From positions 9,424,001-9,488,000 of the forward strand of contig CM060734.1 of assembly GCA_030704615.1 (NCBI GenBank): a stretch of DNA of 64,000 nt, written 5' to 3'. The DNA is from Takakia lepidozioides. Taxonomy: Eukaryota > Plantae > Bryophyta. The position numbers and the translations under genes are program-made. Below the pieces are notes generated by a model that searched no databases, was not told where the DNA came from, and was given only the letters and a program-made list of their open reading frames with translations. Below, piece after piece: positions 26,592 through 40,229 of this stretch. How positions within the stretch are numbered: the first letter of the stretch is position 1; the number at the start of each line of letters is the position of its first letter.

Positions 26592-29117
26592 GAGCTGGAC
26601 CACCACTTGCATTGTACAACTGCTAACGTCCGCTGTTAACGAGTGAAAGTAATGATGAATCGCCGCTCCTGAGTACTAGAGATCTTCCCTGTGTTTAGCA
26701 CAACAACCTCAAGTGTCCAACAGTCCCGTTGCCTTGTCCTTGCATTCTGGAAGCCATCCCAATGGCCTAAGAGAGCAAAATTCTGGGGATCTCCCTACAA
26801 CAACAAAACCCATAATGATCAAACACAGTCAAACCCAACCCATCAGTTTTGACTAAAAACAAACAAATGTTTGAAATATGGAGGCATCACTGCAGGACGT
26901 TAACTTGGAGACTAGCATGCTCCAAAGGGAGAGAGCTTCTTGGAAGAAATGAATTATGTGGTTGGCAAAAAAATGTGAAGTGTTACCAACCTTTTGCAAA
27001 CGCCGTGGTGCCTTCACACAAGTAGCGCATTCTGGACAAGGAAAAGAGTACACCCCAAGCGCCTGAATCCAACCATGTTGTAGCTCTTTGCATCTCAAAG
27101 TTTGGGGAAATGCTAAAACTACGTTTGCACATATGATTCGGGGGCAAATGATGGGAGCTTCCCAATCTGCCTCAGGATCCCAAAATGCTTGATATTCACG
27201 TAGCTTCCCGCCATCCTAGAACTCCTTCAAGGTAGCAGGAGTGAAATCATTTGGAAGCCCTCTCCATACTTCCCTGTTCCTCCATAAAACCAAAAAATGG
27301 TGGCAAAATGTGCGGCTTAAACACATACTAGCTAGTATACCTCTTATAGGCAAATACTCAAAGGACAAGACATCTTTTCTCATTTTCTCGCACACGGGGC
27401 ACTTCTGACCACACTTAGAGCAGTCTCTTCTTTGGCACTTTTTCCCACTTTTTCCCACTTTTTCCCTAGTTATTTTCCAGTGTGATTTGGCCATGTCACT
27501 TTTTCCCCTGTTGCTTTCTAGTGTGATATGGTAAAGTCCCACTTTTCCCCATAGTTTTTCAGAGTGGTATGGTAATGTTACACCTTTTCCCTTTGTAATA
27601 CGATTTTTTAGAAATTCTTGAAGGAAAAACATATTCCCCTTTGACAGAGGTTAAGTGTTAGGGAAAAAAAGACACCTTTTCCACTTGCTACAGAGGAAAT
27701 GTCCCCTAAAGCTCCTTGTGTGAAAACGATACGCAAAGAAGTTTTCCCATCCAAACGCACGACTTCCTTGCATTGTTCCTCCGCCAGCTCAGCTCCCGCC
27801 ATCCAAAGTAGCCTGAGAGAGACTCCAGAAGAGGAGGACATGGTTGATAGAAATGAAGGGGCTTGCACCATACATAGTGTTTGATCCATCAGAGCTGGGA
27901 GTCCTAAAGGAGACTGCTCCATGCCAAGCTTCTCCCTGGAAATCAAGAGTTTACTCACATCAGTTAGATATTGGCTACTTTGCCAAGAGGGACCATAACA
28001 CTCATTCATTTGCTTACAAAATCAAAACCAATTTCATCAGTATTCATTGCAAACTTCTCTGGTGAACATTTCTTGTCTATTTACTTTGTTAACATCCTCT
28101 AGTAGTTCTTCATCCAACTTGTATGAAGAATGATGTGAAAGCCTTCACGGCCAGATTCCTCCTCTGAAAGAGGTTATTTTTTCCTCACTATAATTAAGGG
28201 GCCTGATTTGTGAGCTGTCGCTCCTAGGTGTTTCCCTTTTAGAAGGAAAAAGAAAAAGAGGAATGTGATAAATCAAACTTCCCCACTTGACCTCACTCTC
28301 ACATCATGATTGAATTGAGTTCAATGGGTTGACACCATCCCACCAAGCTGGGAGCTCCATTGGCGTGAAGCACTCACCAGCAGATGGGGAAGAATCCGAG
28401 GTCAATCCGAGGTCAATTGGAGGCACCGTCGCTCTCTTAGGAAGACTAGGTCTACAACCCAGCTTTCTTATGAGGAAGTGTGGTAGTTACTAGATCTCTG
28501 TACTCTGTTGAAGATGATCCTGTTCTCACTGCTGCTTTGTCCCTGAATTCTGCTTCCTCTGATTTTCTTAAGGTCTTTGATTACGAAGCATTGCCTTCCT
28601 GGATCAGTCTCTATGGCATCCAATATAGAGCTTATTTTTTCCTCTTCGTATTCCTTGGGCCTTTGTCTGGCTGATATAAAAACTCCGCGCTTCCATCCCC
28701 TTTCTTTAAAAAAATGATTGAATTCACTTTAAAAATGTACTGATTACATTTGTGATGCAATCAAAAACTGGCATGCTACCTGCCTACTATACCACAATGT
28801 ATGCCTCAATTCAACCTTATTGTGGTAACTGAATGCAGTTACCAAAGAATCAATTTGAAGGGTACCAAGGCAGTAATGCCTCAAGAAACATTTTTCTAAT
28901 AAGGGCACCTACCAAACAAAACTGAGAATACAGCCCATTGAATGGGTTCTTGCTATATTCTAGTGTCTGTAACAATACAGGACCATCTCTAAGTAAGTTT
29001 TATCTACCCTTCTGGACACAAGAAGGCTGCACTCCTACATGCCAAAAACTGCTTGCAAGCGGTTACCCTCCATAGAGAAGGGAAGGCTGCTCCATGATTC
29101 TCTGTAGCGCAAATGAT

Positions 29118-32100
29118 TTAAGATAAGAAAATGTCTGTGCATTGCTGGATGGTGTCTTCAGGGTTTGTCACTGCACAAACCGGTTCTACTCTCGTCAGAA
29201 ACGAGAGAGAGAATGAAAACAGGATGCCCTGACTCAACTCTAGCCATGGCTCCATTAAATGTAGTAGTACGTTGCTTAACCAGGACCAAGCAAAAACTAG
29301 AAAAGAATGGGGACAGGTTTATAAGATTCTTGGGTAATGTGTAGTACCCCAGCACCCGAAAAAATAACAAACGGCTTACAGCACCAAATGAGATGATGGA
29401 GGTTTGGAAATCAGAAGGACTCGCAATTTGCCAGGTTATGAAAAGCATGCTGTCGCAAAAACACTATTGCCTTACATAACTGTTCTTCTGTTGTAAAAGG
29501 AAGTACAGAATGCTTACCAGTATGGCCTATAGTCTTCTCTGACGCATAGATCTCATAATCATTTCCCCCCTGTTGACTCAAACAAATCATCGGGAGAACT
29601 TAGTTTTCAATAAGCACTACAAGGAGGGCCTTATGGCCAAAGGGTTGGGACAATCTCCATTTTCACAAATATTTGGGGTTAATGCCCAGTTCCTAAGACC
29701 TCATACATCGTGCTGAAAGTTGACCACCCTTGCAGCTGTTGACATAAAGCAACCACCAACATAGATCTAAACATATTTAAGCCCAGGACCACCCAAGTGT
29801 GGCCACAGTGCCCTTATCTGATACTTATAGCTGAACCTGCTTGCAGCTGCAATCAGACTCTAAACCTCACAGGAAAAGAAAAGAAACAGTAGTACAATAA
29901 TATCAACCAGAAATATACAAGTGCCAACAGGCCCAATTGAGGATAGCAGAAGACAGTAAGCATCTAAAATAGCAAGAAGAACCCACCCAGCAATTCAAGG
30001 CAATCACACGCTATCAGAACCCAAATTTTTTCCTTTGAACTCTAGTTTGCCACCACCCTTATTGCACTTCCTCCTCCCCTCCCAATTTTATGCTGTACAT
30101 CTCTCGCTGCTCTTCTCTCATCCTCACCTTTGATATACAGAGAAGTGGTAATCTACCTCATAGGTTTTGTCACCGAAGAAGTGAATCTCAGAGAACTCTT
30201 TCTCAACAAACTGGAGGCAGAAGGTTTTATCCCATCCTTTTGGGAAAACCTGATGTACCCCACAACACTGCAAGTTATGCCACTGCTCAAACATACGCAC
30301 CAAGAGACTGTTGCACAATCTACCAAATACACTGCTACTGGAATCTAGGAGATAGTAGAGAAATCTAACATCTTACACAAGCACAGCTCAACTCACATCA
30401 AAGCTTATCTGGCCACCGATAGAGAAGGTCAGACTGAAGTCCTTGAATTTGTCCTTGAGTACGCCCACCATTGTTTTCCTCACACAGTGCACCTGCATTA
30501 CCAGTTTAGCATGATTCTATCACCTAATTTGGGGTTGGAAGAGACAGGAAGAGACAGGTACTGATGCCAATTTCCTCTAGCAAATAGCACTAACGTAATA
30601 TCAGGACTCGGCGGGAAGTACATCGTCTCACCAGCACCAAAGTAACCTTTTCAAGAATCCTGATTGGGTTCAGGGGGGAGCCATGCTTACAGTTATCTAG
30701 GGCATTAGACACTTGCAACTATGGCTCAGGCCCTACTTCTAGTGTTTGGAAAATAGAGACCATTTGCCGACGAGTTACCCTAACGAAGCTACACTTGTCA
30801 CAGCTGGTTCCGCATGTACAACATATGACACTCAGTTGCATTCTCTTCAAGGTTGTCCGCAACAGTACCATGCCCCAAAGAAGACATCACCAATGGATTT
30901 CACAGGCAGCAGATTTTTTTTTCTCTCTCTCTCTACCAGGGAAGTAATTAATCACTTTTTTTCTCCTGGTTTGCAACAAGTGCCCGCCAGCCTACCTGCG
31001 TTTGGATCTTTATGTTTCCTAAAGTGGTTTCTTCGTGTCCTACTTTTTCCCATGGGCCCTTTACATGTTTTCTTGTTGTTCTACTTTCTCACATGGGCCT
31101 GTTGGAGCCACTGTGGACATCATGAAGGTTGTCTCGGTTCCCTCTCTCTTCTTTTGGCTGGTTTACCTTGTCATAGCGCTCAAACTCATCGCGCTCCTCT
31201 TCACTGCAGTTGCGGCCTATTGGGGACACATTGAGCATGCCCATTCGGAACTCTATGAATGTGCCTCTGTCAATCACCACACGATAAGACCATCACATCC
31301 ATTCCCTGACTGCTGGTCAGACCCTTTGGTCACATATATAAATACTATCAATGGTGCGTGATGCCAATGATCTCAAATCTACATTTGGCTGCAATACAAC
31401 TACTACAAAGGAGCCATGTCTTGCAATTTAGGAGTTGACATACAGACCGACATTATCATGAAATAAGCACTTCTACATCGATCTTCCAGAAGAAGTTAGG
31501 CTGGCCCCTCTTCTTGTTGTGGTTGTTCCAATTTGGGTACAGTTTGCATGGGTTGATGGGTTTGAGTGCACCCACTCATGTCCCTCTTCTGAGATTTGAA
31601 GCCTCGACCCATCGTCTCAAAGAGGGCCTGGGGTTTTAGAGTTGGTGAACGTTGAATTTAATGCACAACATTTGTAACTTCTTGCCAAGCCTTAGGAGTC
31701 TTATGAACAGACAACCTTGAGATTTGAAGCATATGCCAAGACAGACAACACTTCCAACATCTGCCACTTTGGGAACTGACCTCTTGATAGGAATATCCAG
31801 GTCAGCAATGTAGTGAAGTGTAAAGTTAATAAACTCCTGCACATCAAAAAGGCATACAAAAAAGACCCCATCATTTCCCATGTTATCAACCTGATGTAAA
31901 ACTGGTTGAGGTCTACTCTCAAACTCAAGTACATGCCAGGCACAGTGCACATCCAAGCATAATTGGACAATGCCATTCAAGCCAAACCAGTCAACCTATA
32001 GATCAGGAAACAAGACACCAGCATAGGACATTTGCCACTCCCCTGGGGTTCACAACAGTATTGCGGCTTTGTCTTGGAAGGGCCCATCACAAACTGTCTG

Positions 32101-33232
32101 TCTATTATGCAAAGATGATCCAGTTACTTATGATATTCATATCTTACATGAACAGAATTCTGTTGGGTATGCAGCATTGAACCCCTTGTGATTTAGCAAG
32201 CAACCAGACATGTGGATGCACACAACTTTCCTCTAAGGACTCACACAAGTCGAAGTGTGTTTGGTACAACTTCAAGCCCCAGTTCCAGCTTATGTTATCT
32301 TGTGTAGAGAGTTCAAAGTTCAGAGCGTTTATGGCAATGACCATTCATAAGCAGGCAGGATATGACAGCTTAGAAGAATACCAAACAAAGGCGGATGCAA
32401 TAGTTACCTGGAGCTTTGCCTCACCCAAATGTGCCTTCAGGCTCTGCACCCAACACAGTCCATCTTCCCCTTCAGCATCAGGACTTTGGTAGCTAGCTTG
32501 CAGAATCAAAGGAAGGCAGACAATGTTTTTTGATAATCAGCTCCACAAGCTGTCACAAACCGCAATATCTAAAATGAAAGCACCCACATGTAGTCTTCAA
32601 GAGGTGAGCAAGAGATGCATTCATCATCTGTCCTGCAGACAGTACCATAGGTCTGCAATAGTTCAAGGGAACATGAAGTGTGAAGGCCAAAGGAGGGACA
32701 CAAACAGACCTGATTGCCAATAAGTTTCCCATCCTTGTGAGCCACAAGCCCATTCTCTGAAAAGACATAATCATACTCTGACACAGCTGCCACACATCCA
32801 CGCATCCATGTCAGCACAATATTTGAGCAACGACCTCCACATTTGGTTCCAAACCTGCTCTGACACATAAAGGTTTGAGACAGCAACTGTGTTCTAAACA
32901 TTACTGTAATGACTTGCCATCACACTACTAGATCTAATCTGTCTCAGTTGGCTCAGTGTCATATGGAACTCCCACAGCTCACTCACGGTGAACAATGCAC
33001 CATTTGCAAGATAAGCTTGACTCCAGCTAGTCTCAAAACTAACAACGAGATAAAGAAAGAGATAAACTTTGATCACATCAACAGGGGGCTCCAAGGCCCA
33101 CCAGAAAAAGTAGAACAACAAGAAACCACTTCAGAATACATCAAAGGATACCCCAAGACAAAGCGCATCATGCAGGTAGGCTGCCAGGCCTTTTGGGTCA
33201 TCAAAGCTGAAAACTTCTGCCAAAGATTGTGG

Positions 33233-33303
<71 letters not shown>

Positions 33304-34136
33304 ATTTTTGCCAAGCTGTTCAGAAATTTTTATGAGGTCGGATCCCCCCACAACACCTACTGTTACCGCCTGGACCCGTCTCCAACAGAACAAAGCTTTA
33401 TCAGTAGTTCAACTTCATGTGCCTATGAATGCAACCAAAGTATGGATTTATTCCGTCTTAACCCCATAAAGTGTTTCGAGTCTGGCTTTTCTGTTCTCCA
33501 ACCCAGATCGTATTGTAAGGCATAAAACTCCTCTCACTCTTTCTCTTGGAAATTCCCAGGATGGAGGCCACATTGCCCATGCAGAGAGCTCTCTGAACGC
33601 ATCTCAGCTGTGGCAGTCCCTCCCATAACCTGATCCCTCACTCCCTCTCCTGAAAAGCACCATAGCCAGTATACAACTCCCTGGGCAGACTGGGATTCAC
33701 AAACGATCAGATCATTGATTTCAAACAGTGGGAAATCATATGAGGAAGACACTCCTATTGATTGACAAATAGAGAAAAGGAGGGCGACACCTTGCGTAGA
33801 TCTTGAAGAAACTTGAGCATTTGAGGTGACACTTCCTAGCAGATCCAACAGATCCCACACTCAGTGTTGGCGCACAAATTAATTCTTGTTCTCTATCAAT
33901 CTGACACCCTGGTGGCGGGTACGCAGTGCATGATCGCACACAAACGCAGCATAACATAACAGAGACAAAACCCCACGTCCAAAAATGCCACACTTAAATG
34001 CTTTACAGAACAATGAGCTTGCTGCCTTTTGAATTCTGAGGCAGAAGATGAGACCTCCACGCACCTTTCGAGCAGGAGTGAGCGTGCCATCGACGTCAAA
34101 CAGAGCGATCACTCCCGACTTGCGTTCCACACCCAT
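29118..34136 (-). CDS. PMM: Phosphomannomutase (eukaryotic HAD-IIB PMM), 11 exons, 248 aa
   Basis: Exons 34136-34065, 33835-33791, 33369-33303, 32786-32710, 32443-32408, 31836-31781, 31266-31167, 30492-30397, 30249-30157, 29569-29518, 29170-29118; all GT-AG, total 747 nt. Motifs [43 protein letters not shown]. Confidence 0.96.
33236..33300. repeat. (GA)n microsatellite at the start of PMM intron 3
   Basis: Direct reading. Confidence 0.95.
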
Positions 34137-34507
34137 TTCTCCTCCTCAATTCCTCCTCCCTTCCCTCCCAAACAGATCCCAACAAGAAAACCCAAATGTG
34201 TAGCTCCAAGTGCAGCAAGGGGAAGAAGAAGCAGCAGCAGAATGCAAAGTGAGAGTGTGTGTAGAGACCACAGCCGGATTTTACTTCAACTACCTACTTA
34301 GTATACAGTAAAGCACATTATGTCATTAGGTGAAAACATTATAATGTCCTCGGAATATTCTTGAAATTATTGGTCGAATGTTTTTTTTTCCTTTTTTTTT
34401 TCGTCCTGCCCAAGGGGAGGGGGATCGGAATCACATGCCGATCGGAATCAGATTGATCACATGGCGCTAGTTCATTCCCCAACTTGGTGACATTCCCCCG
34501 GCCGAAC

Positions 34508-36673
34508 CCTCGGCACTATGTCCCAGACACTATCAGGGATAGTGCCGGGGATGCCCGGGCTAAAACTGCCCGGGCTGCCACGTCCTCCGCGCCACCTGAG
34601 CGCCCAGCCCTCGCGCTCTCACCGTTGACTGCCCGCCACGCAGGCGCGTGGGGCCCGCCTTCCCCAAGCCTTCAGCTCCCACGCTTAGGCCCAGGCCTTG
34701 CCACATGAGACCCTCCCTACCTGCCACGTCGTGAGGCCCCACCCCCTGAACTCTCCTATACCCTGGCTAAAAGGAGTATGGCTAAACCAGATTGAGCCAA
34801 GCCTTTCGACATGGCATGGAAAAGTATAGGAAATACACTAACTCCTAGGAGGGTATGGAAGTGTTGATGATGGTTGGGTTTAAGTATGGTGACATGCATT
34901 ATTTAAAAATAATAATGATAAAATATATTTAAAATAAAATATGGATGGATTGCACTACGTTCTTCCATTTCAAAATATCATTCATACATTGTATTGGGAT
35001 GAACTTAATATGTATGTATTTTTATATTGTTTTCAAATAATCTCTAACTTAGTTACATTGAGGAGACATTGTGTCTTATGATGAAACATTGTGTAACATA
35101 TGTATCCTTGCGAAAGAGGTAAGTCGGCAGATGAACTTACGAATGTGTGTCATACTTTCTATGTGTGTCGATAGATGAATTATTTTAGCTTAATCTATTC
35201 GTGTAAGTGAATGGTGGCTTGGTATACAATTGTAAGAGAGCACGATGCTCTAAAACATTAATGGTATAAATGTGTGAATTGAAGATACAATTGATCATAT
35301 GTATCAATGTATGAATCGTAGTTGTAATAAATTAATTGTAGGCTTATACAAATTTATATTAGTACATACATCGTCATAGTTTCATTGACGAATATTTATA
35401 TGCATAATGTACAAGTAATATGTCTACGAATGTTGTTTAAGTGGGTTAATATTGGTGTGGATATCCAAATTTCATCTCACATACTTATAAAAATCAATGA
35501 TATATTTTGGTATATCTAATTGCGCATAGTGGGTTTAGAAGTGTCATGTAAGTGTCACTTACTGTCATATAGGAAATCCCCATATTTCAACATCTCAAAT
35601 CTTAATCCATACACGTATGCAAAAATATGATTGGGGAGTGTAATTTAAGTAGGCAAGTGTTGTATCGCATGATGATATTTCATACACATTGACAAAAGTA
35701 TATAGCACATTGTCAAGCATTGAGCCATATACATTTAAGACAATGTGCAAAAATTGTCTTAGAAGTGTCATTTAAGTAGGCTAGTAGTACACAACATGTT
35801 GATATTTCATACATATGTCACAAGTGTATAACACATTTGCACACATTCAGCCACACACATATGTGGAAGTAGGCAAAATTTGCTTTAAGAATGTCATCTA
35901 AGTGTGGTTAATGTTGCATTGGATCTCAAAATTCCATACATATATCAAAAAAATATATGACATAGTCTAGTGGGTGTTAAGCGTACATCTATAAGTTCAT
36001 AAATGGATACATATTTGTATAAGTGTATATCTTATGTTGAATATACATTGTTGTAACAATATGCAAGAATACATATGTTACACAATGTTTCCTCGTGTGA
36101 CACAAAAATGTCTCCTCAATATCACTAAGTTAGAGATTATTTGAAAACAATACAAAAGTACATATATATTAAGTTCATCCCAATACAATGTATGAATGAT
36201 ATTTTGAAATGGAAGAATGTAGTGCAATCCATCCATATTTTATTTTAAATATATTTTACCATTGTTTTTTAAATAATGTATGTCACCATACTTCAACCCA
36301 ACCATCATCAACACTTCCATACCCTCCTAGGAGTTAGTATTTCCTATACTTTTCCATACCATGTCTAAAAGGTTTGGCTCAATCTGGTTTGGCCAACCCT
36401 TTTACCCAGGGTATGGGAGAGTTGACGGGTGGGGCCTCGCGACGTGGCAGGTAGGGAGGGCCTCAAGTGACAAGGCCTGGGCCTAAGCGTGGGAGCTGAA
36501 GGCTGGGGGAAGGCGGGCCCCACGCGCCTCCGTGGCGCTGAGGACCGGGGAGTCAACGGTGAGAGCGCGAGGGCTGGGCGCTCAGGTGGCTTGGAGGACG
36601 TGGCAGCCCGGGCAGTTTTAGCCCGGGCATCCCCGGCACTATCCCTGATAGTGTATGCGACATAGTGCCGAGG
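34508..36673. mobile_element. Non-autonomous foldback/Mutator-like element with about 600-bp terminal inverted repeats
   Basis: 34508-35112 is the reverse complement of 36063-36673; AT-rich non-coding interior; TSD not evident. Confidence 0.85.
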
Positions 36674-39600
36674 CTGGCCCACCCCTGAGCCCCCCCTTTT
36701 TTCTGGGCCTGCGTGTTCTTCTAGTGCTTTTCCACTAGCCCTCCAAGTTAGTTGTGCTAATCACTTGCCGATTTACTTTGATTGAAACTTGGGTTTACAA
36801 ATTCGCTTAAAACTTAAACCGACATCTTAGAGATCTTTATTTCCATAGCAGCCTCGTCCACTTGGTTGTCTAAATTAGCTACTTGTTAGTTGAATTCCAA
36901 GGAAGCCTAAATCCATCCGTTGTGCCCATTTTGCGACGGATATAGGTAGTCAGTGCCAATATTTAGAATCGACACTTTTAAGTGGGCTACCTTCTTAGAA
37001 GCTTGGTCAAGGTGGTTATTTTTTCCACCTAGTGCAATATATTCTAGACTCCCTCCTTTTTCTAAAATAAACAAAAACAAAAACAAAAACAATCTGGCTG
37101 GCCAATAAGCCTTTTGGGCTATTATTTTAGCCATCCCACCTGCATGGCTAAACCACTGTTTGAGTTTAGCCATATACGAGTGATGTGGGCTTTTGTATGC
37201 GCAGAAAACCTTCTCCACTGTTGTCCTAACTGAGTTAGGTAACAAGATTTGAAAGAATCAGCGGGTTGGCACACAGTTTTCTTCCAGCTGAACAAATTAT
37301 ATTTTTAGTTTAATTTAATTTGAAAATTAAGACAGAGGAGTCTGAGAGGACTGAGATTGCGGAACAAGCGAGGGCAACCCGAAGTGAAGGTCACGGCCCA
37401 ACCAGCCACGAGCAACAAAGAAACAGGGGAAATCAAGTCCAATGATGAAAAACTAGGCAAAGACTAATAAACCACAGCAAATCCGCGCTAGCTCTATATA
37501 GCCCAGAACCTTCTAGCCTGAGAGAGAGAGAGTAGATTTAAAATTAACTAATTAAACAAGATTGGACGAATCTAATAATATTATTTCTTAATTTTAAAAC
37601 TATTTCATTAAATAAAAACGATAATATGTATTTTCAAATATATAGTGCCAAGCTTTCATTTATTCAGTGAAACATGGGTTTAAAACTTCCCGGGCTACTA
37701 CCCCTGTTAATAAAAAAATTTAAATTAAAAAAAAAAAAAAAAACATGGCACATATCAATACATGTTTGGCATTCATGGCATGTTTCGTTGGACTTTGGAT
37801 GAATGATCACTGCAGGGATCCCAAGGTATATAATCATGCTATGTTCATCCATCTGATGTTGTGGAACGGAACTGCCGGTGGTCATGCAAAAAAGACTGAG
37901 ACAAGTCTCTCTATAAATGTATATGACACCAACCGCCAAAGTTAGCGTAAATAAGAGCCCCTTTCCCTTGCGGATTTGAGGAAGGTAGAGCAGAGTTGTT
38001 GTGCGAAATCACATACCTCTGAGAAACATAGTATTTTGACGCACACATTGTTTTCATCATCCATCCATTCTAATTCTAATTCTAATCTCTCACTATTCAC
38101 TATATTCACTCATTTATACTCACTCTACTAATTTAGTCTCCTGAAGACCCCAGAGACTTCTAAGACACCCCCACGTGTTCTACCCTACATAAACCACCCC
38201 ACCCTTTGAGACGTTTCTAGTAATTCCAACCCTACAAAAACTCTAATGTGAGCCCACCATTGGCTGTTCCATTGGTGCACCTATTTCCTTACCTTTCATA
38301 AATTGAACATTCTCTCCCCCTCTTTCTAGGTGTCCCTAGAGCCCGGGCCCACCTGTCTACTCAATAGCCGGCCCCCCCCCCTTTTCTCTATGTCAGTATT
38401 AATGTGGTATGGGAAGCGGAAAAAGTGTTTGGGAATAGCATCAAGGCTGAAGAGTACAAATGAGTAGTATGTCCTACATGTCCTTCCCCAGCTTTTCCAC
38501 TCGCCCCACTTCATCGTGCCAGCTTCTCATTCGCTGATTCTTTTTGAAATGAAACTTGGGTTGTTGACATATGTTCCCATGAATATGTAGAGCAGTTTCA
38601 TTCGGCGCTGATTCTAGAGTGGTCCAGGAATTAGCGTGGTCCAGGAGTTAAAAGAGGGGGCCAATGTATTAAGGCCACTTGTATTATTTAATGAAATGAA
38701 GGGTCCAAAAATTAAGGATTGACTTTCTAGCGTGGGCTTTCTAGATAGTTCTAGTTCTAGTTGGCTTTCCAGATAGTTCTACTAACATGTCGGTCCGGTG
38801 AGAAGCAATTGACTAGTTGCTTGTAACTTGTGTCTTCAACTGGCACACGTACTAGTAGCGTGTCTCACTGGTGGTTTGAGAGTGAGAGCCCGCGTGAGTA
38901 GTTGTTTGCTATGTTGGGGGTCGGGCCAGGTATGGCAGGTAGGATCAAAGTGGCTGCAAGAGGGAAAGACAAGGTGGCGGAGGGTGCACAGAAGTTCATA
39001 GAGGCAAGTGTTACTATCGGCATGGGTGGAGCAGATATCAACGTCACATCATGTCCCCTTTATTCCACTTGTTCATAGATTACCATGCATTTTAGTGACT
39101 AGTGGCGTCCTGTATAGCAACCTCCGGTAGGTTGACTTTCGGTTCTCATTTATGCAACTCTTGCGTTACCCACTTTTCAAACTTTCTATACTTTATTAAT
39201 AAAGTTTGACGCTCGACAAATCCAACAATTAAAAGAAATCTCAATATGTAGAGCAGTTTGATCAATTGAAAATAACTAATGACTACATTACCTCAAAAAT
39301 CTGGGAAAATTGAAAATAATGGATGGTGTAGCTCATAGCTGTTATGCAATGTTGTGTTTTCCAACACAATTCTGGACCTCCGTTTCCATATAAACAGGAT
39401 TTTTAAAAAAAAAAATGGTGATAAAAGAGGCTTCAACACTTGAAATGTAGAGCCTTTTCTTGGTCACTGTCTAAGAGCACTTGCTCATGCCTGAATGTTA
39501 CTTCAACAGAAGCAGATTATCTATTCATGCAGAAAACTGTCAATCAATTGTAACATGCTGGAAAAAATGATGTCCTGACGTCCTGACTTCACATTGAGGA

Positions 39601-40229
39601 GATCTCTAGACCAGGCCATCCCCAATCTGGAGTGGGGGAAAATCACAGAGGGGAGAGAATCTGCAGTGTTTGACATTCATCCAGCCTCATACTTTAGTTC
39701 TCAATAACAAAAACAACCCTTGTCCGCCCCATGATTTAAGATCTAAGGACTGGGCAGGTTAGATCTTGACAACCAACTGGGATATCATCCTTCTGGATTT
39801 CCCCCAATTACAAGACATGAAGACCAATTGATATTGAGGTCAGGTGGAGTGCCCCCATTCCCCGTTTGATGACCGGTAGTGGGCCTCTATCTCTCACTTG
39901 GCACAACCACTTGACCACCTTGAATCCTACACCTTTCTATGACCACCTCCAGTTCATTCCCTCAATCATCCCGTGCTTTCTCTTAAAATAGAAAATCCAT
40001 TTGGCTCTGGAACAACAAGCCCTGAGACTGGAACAGCCCAAGTCTGATACAACTCCATGCGCCATGCTGCCTGTTTGCAGTCAAAACGATGACCACAGCA
40101 TCCACCTTTATATTCCAACTAGTGCTTATCTGGATCTCTAGACACTGCCTGCTAGTGGCACCTCCCGAATATAGCCCCAATTTGACATATGTCAGCACAA
40201 AAATGCTCTCATCAGGTACTCCTCCCCTC

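Larger units (their letters stand above)
21250..27640 (-). mobile_element. Decayed CACTA/EnSpm-like DNA transposon
   Basis: Tnp2-like fragments at 27430-26980 (CPVC...FEYLPIRGILASMC...KEF*DGGKLREYQAFWDP) and about 22200-21880; dense TTTCCC-type subterminal repeats at 21280-21700. Termini not identified. Confidence 0.55.

Noticed and set aside
34484-36682. Paired similar ORFs 34484-34708 (+) and 36365-36682 (-)
   Set aside because: Artefacts of the GC-rich terminal inverted repeats.
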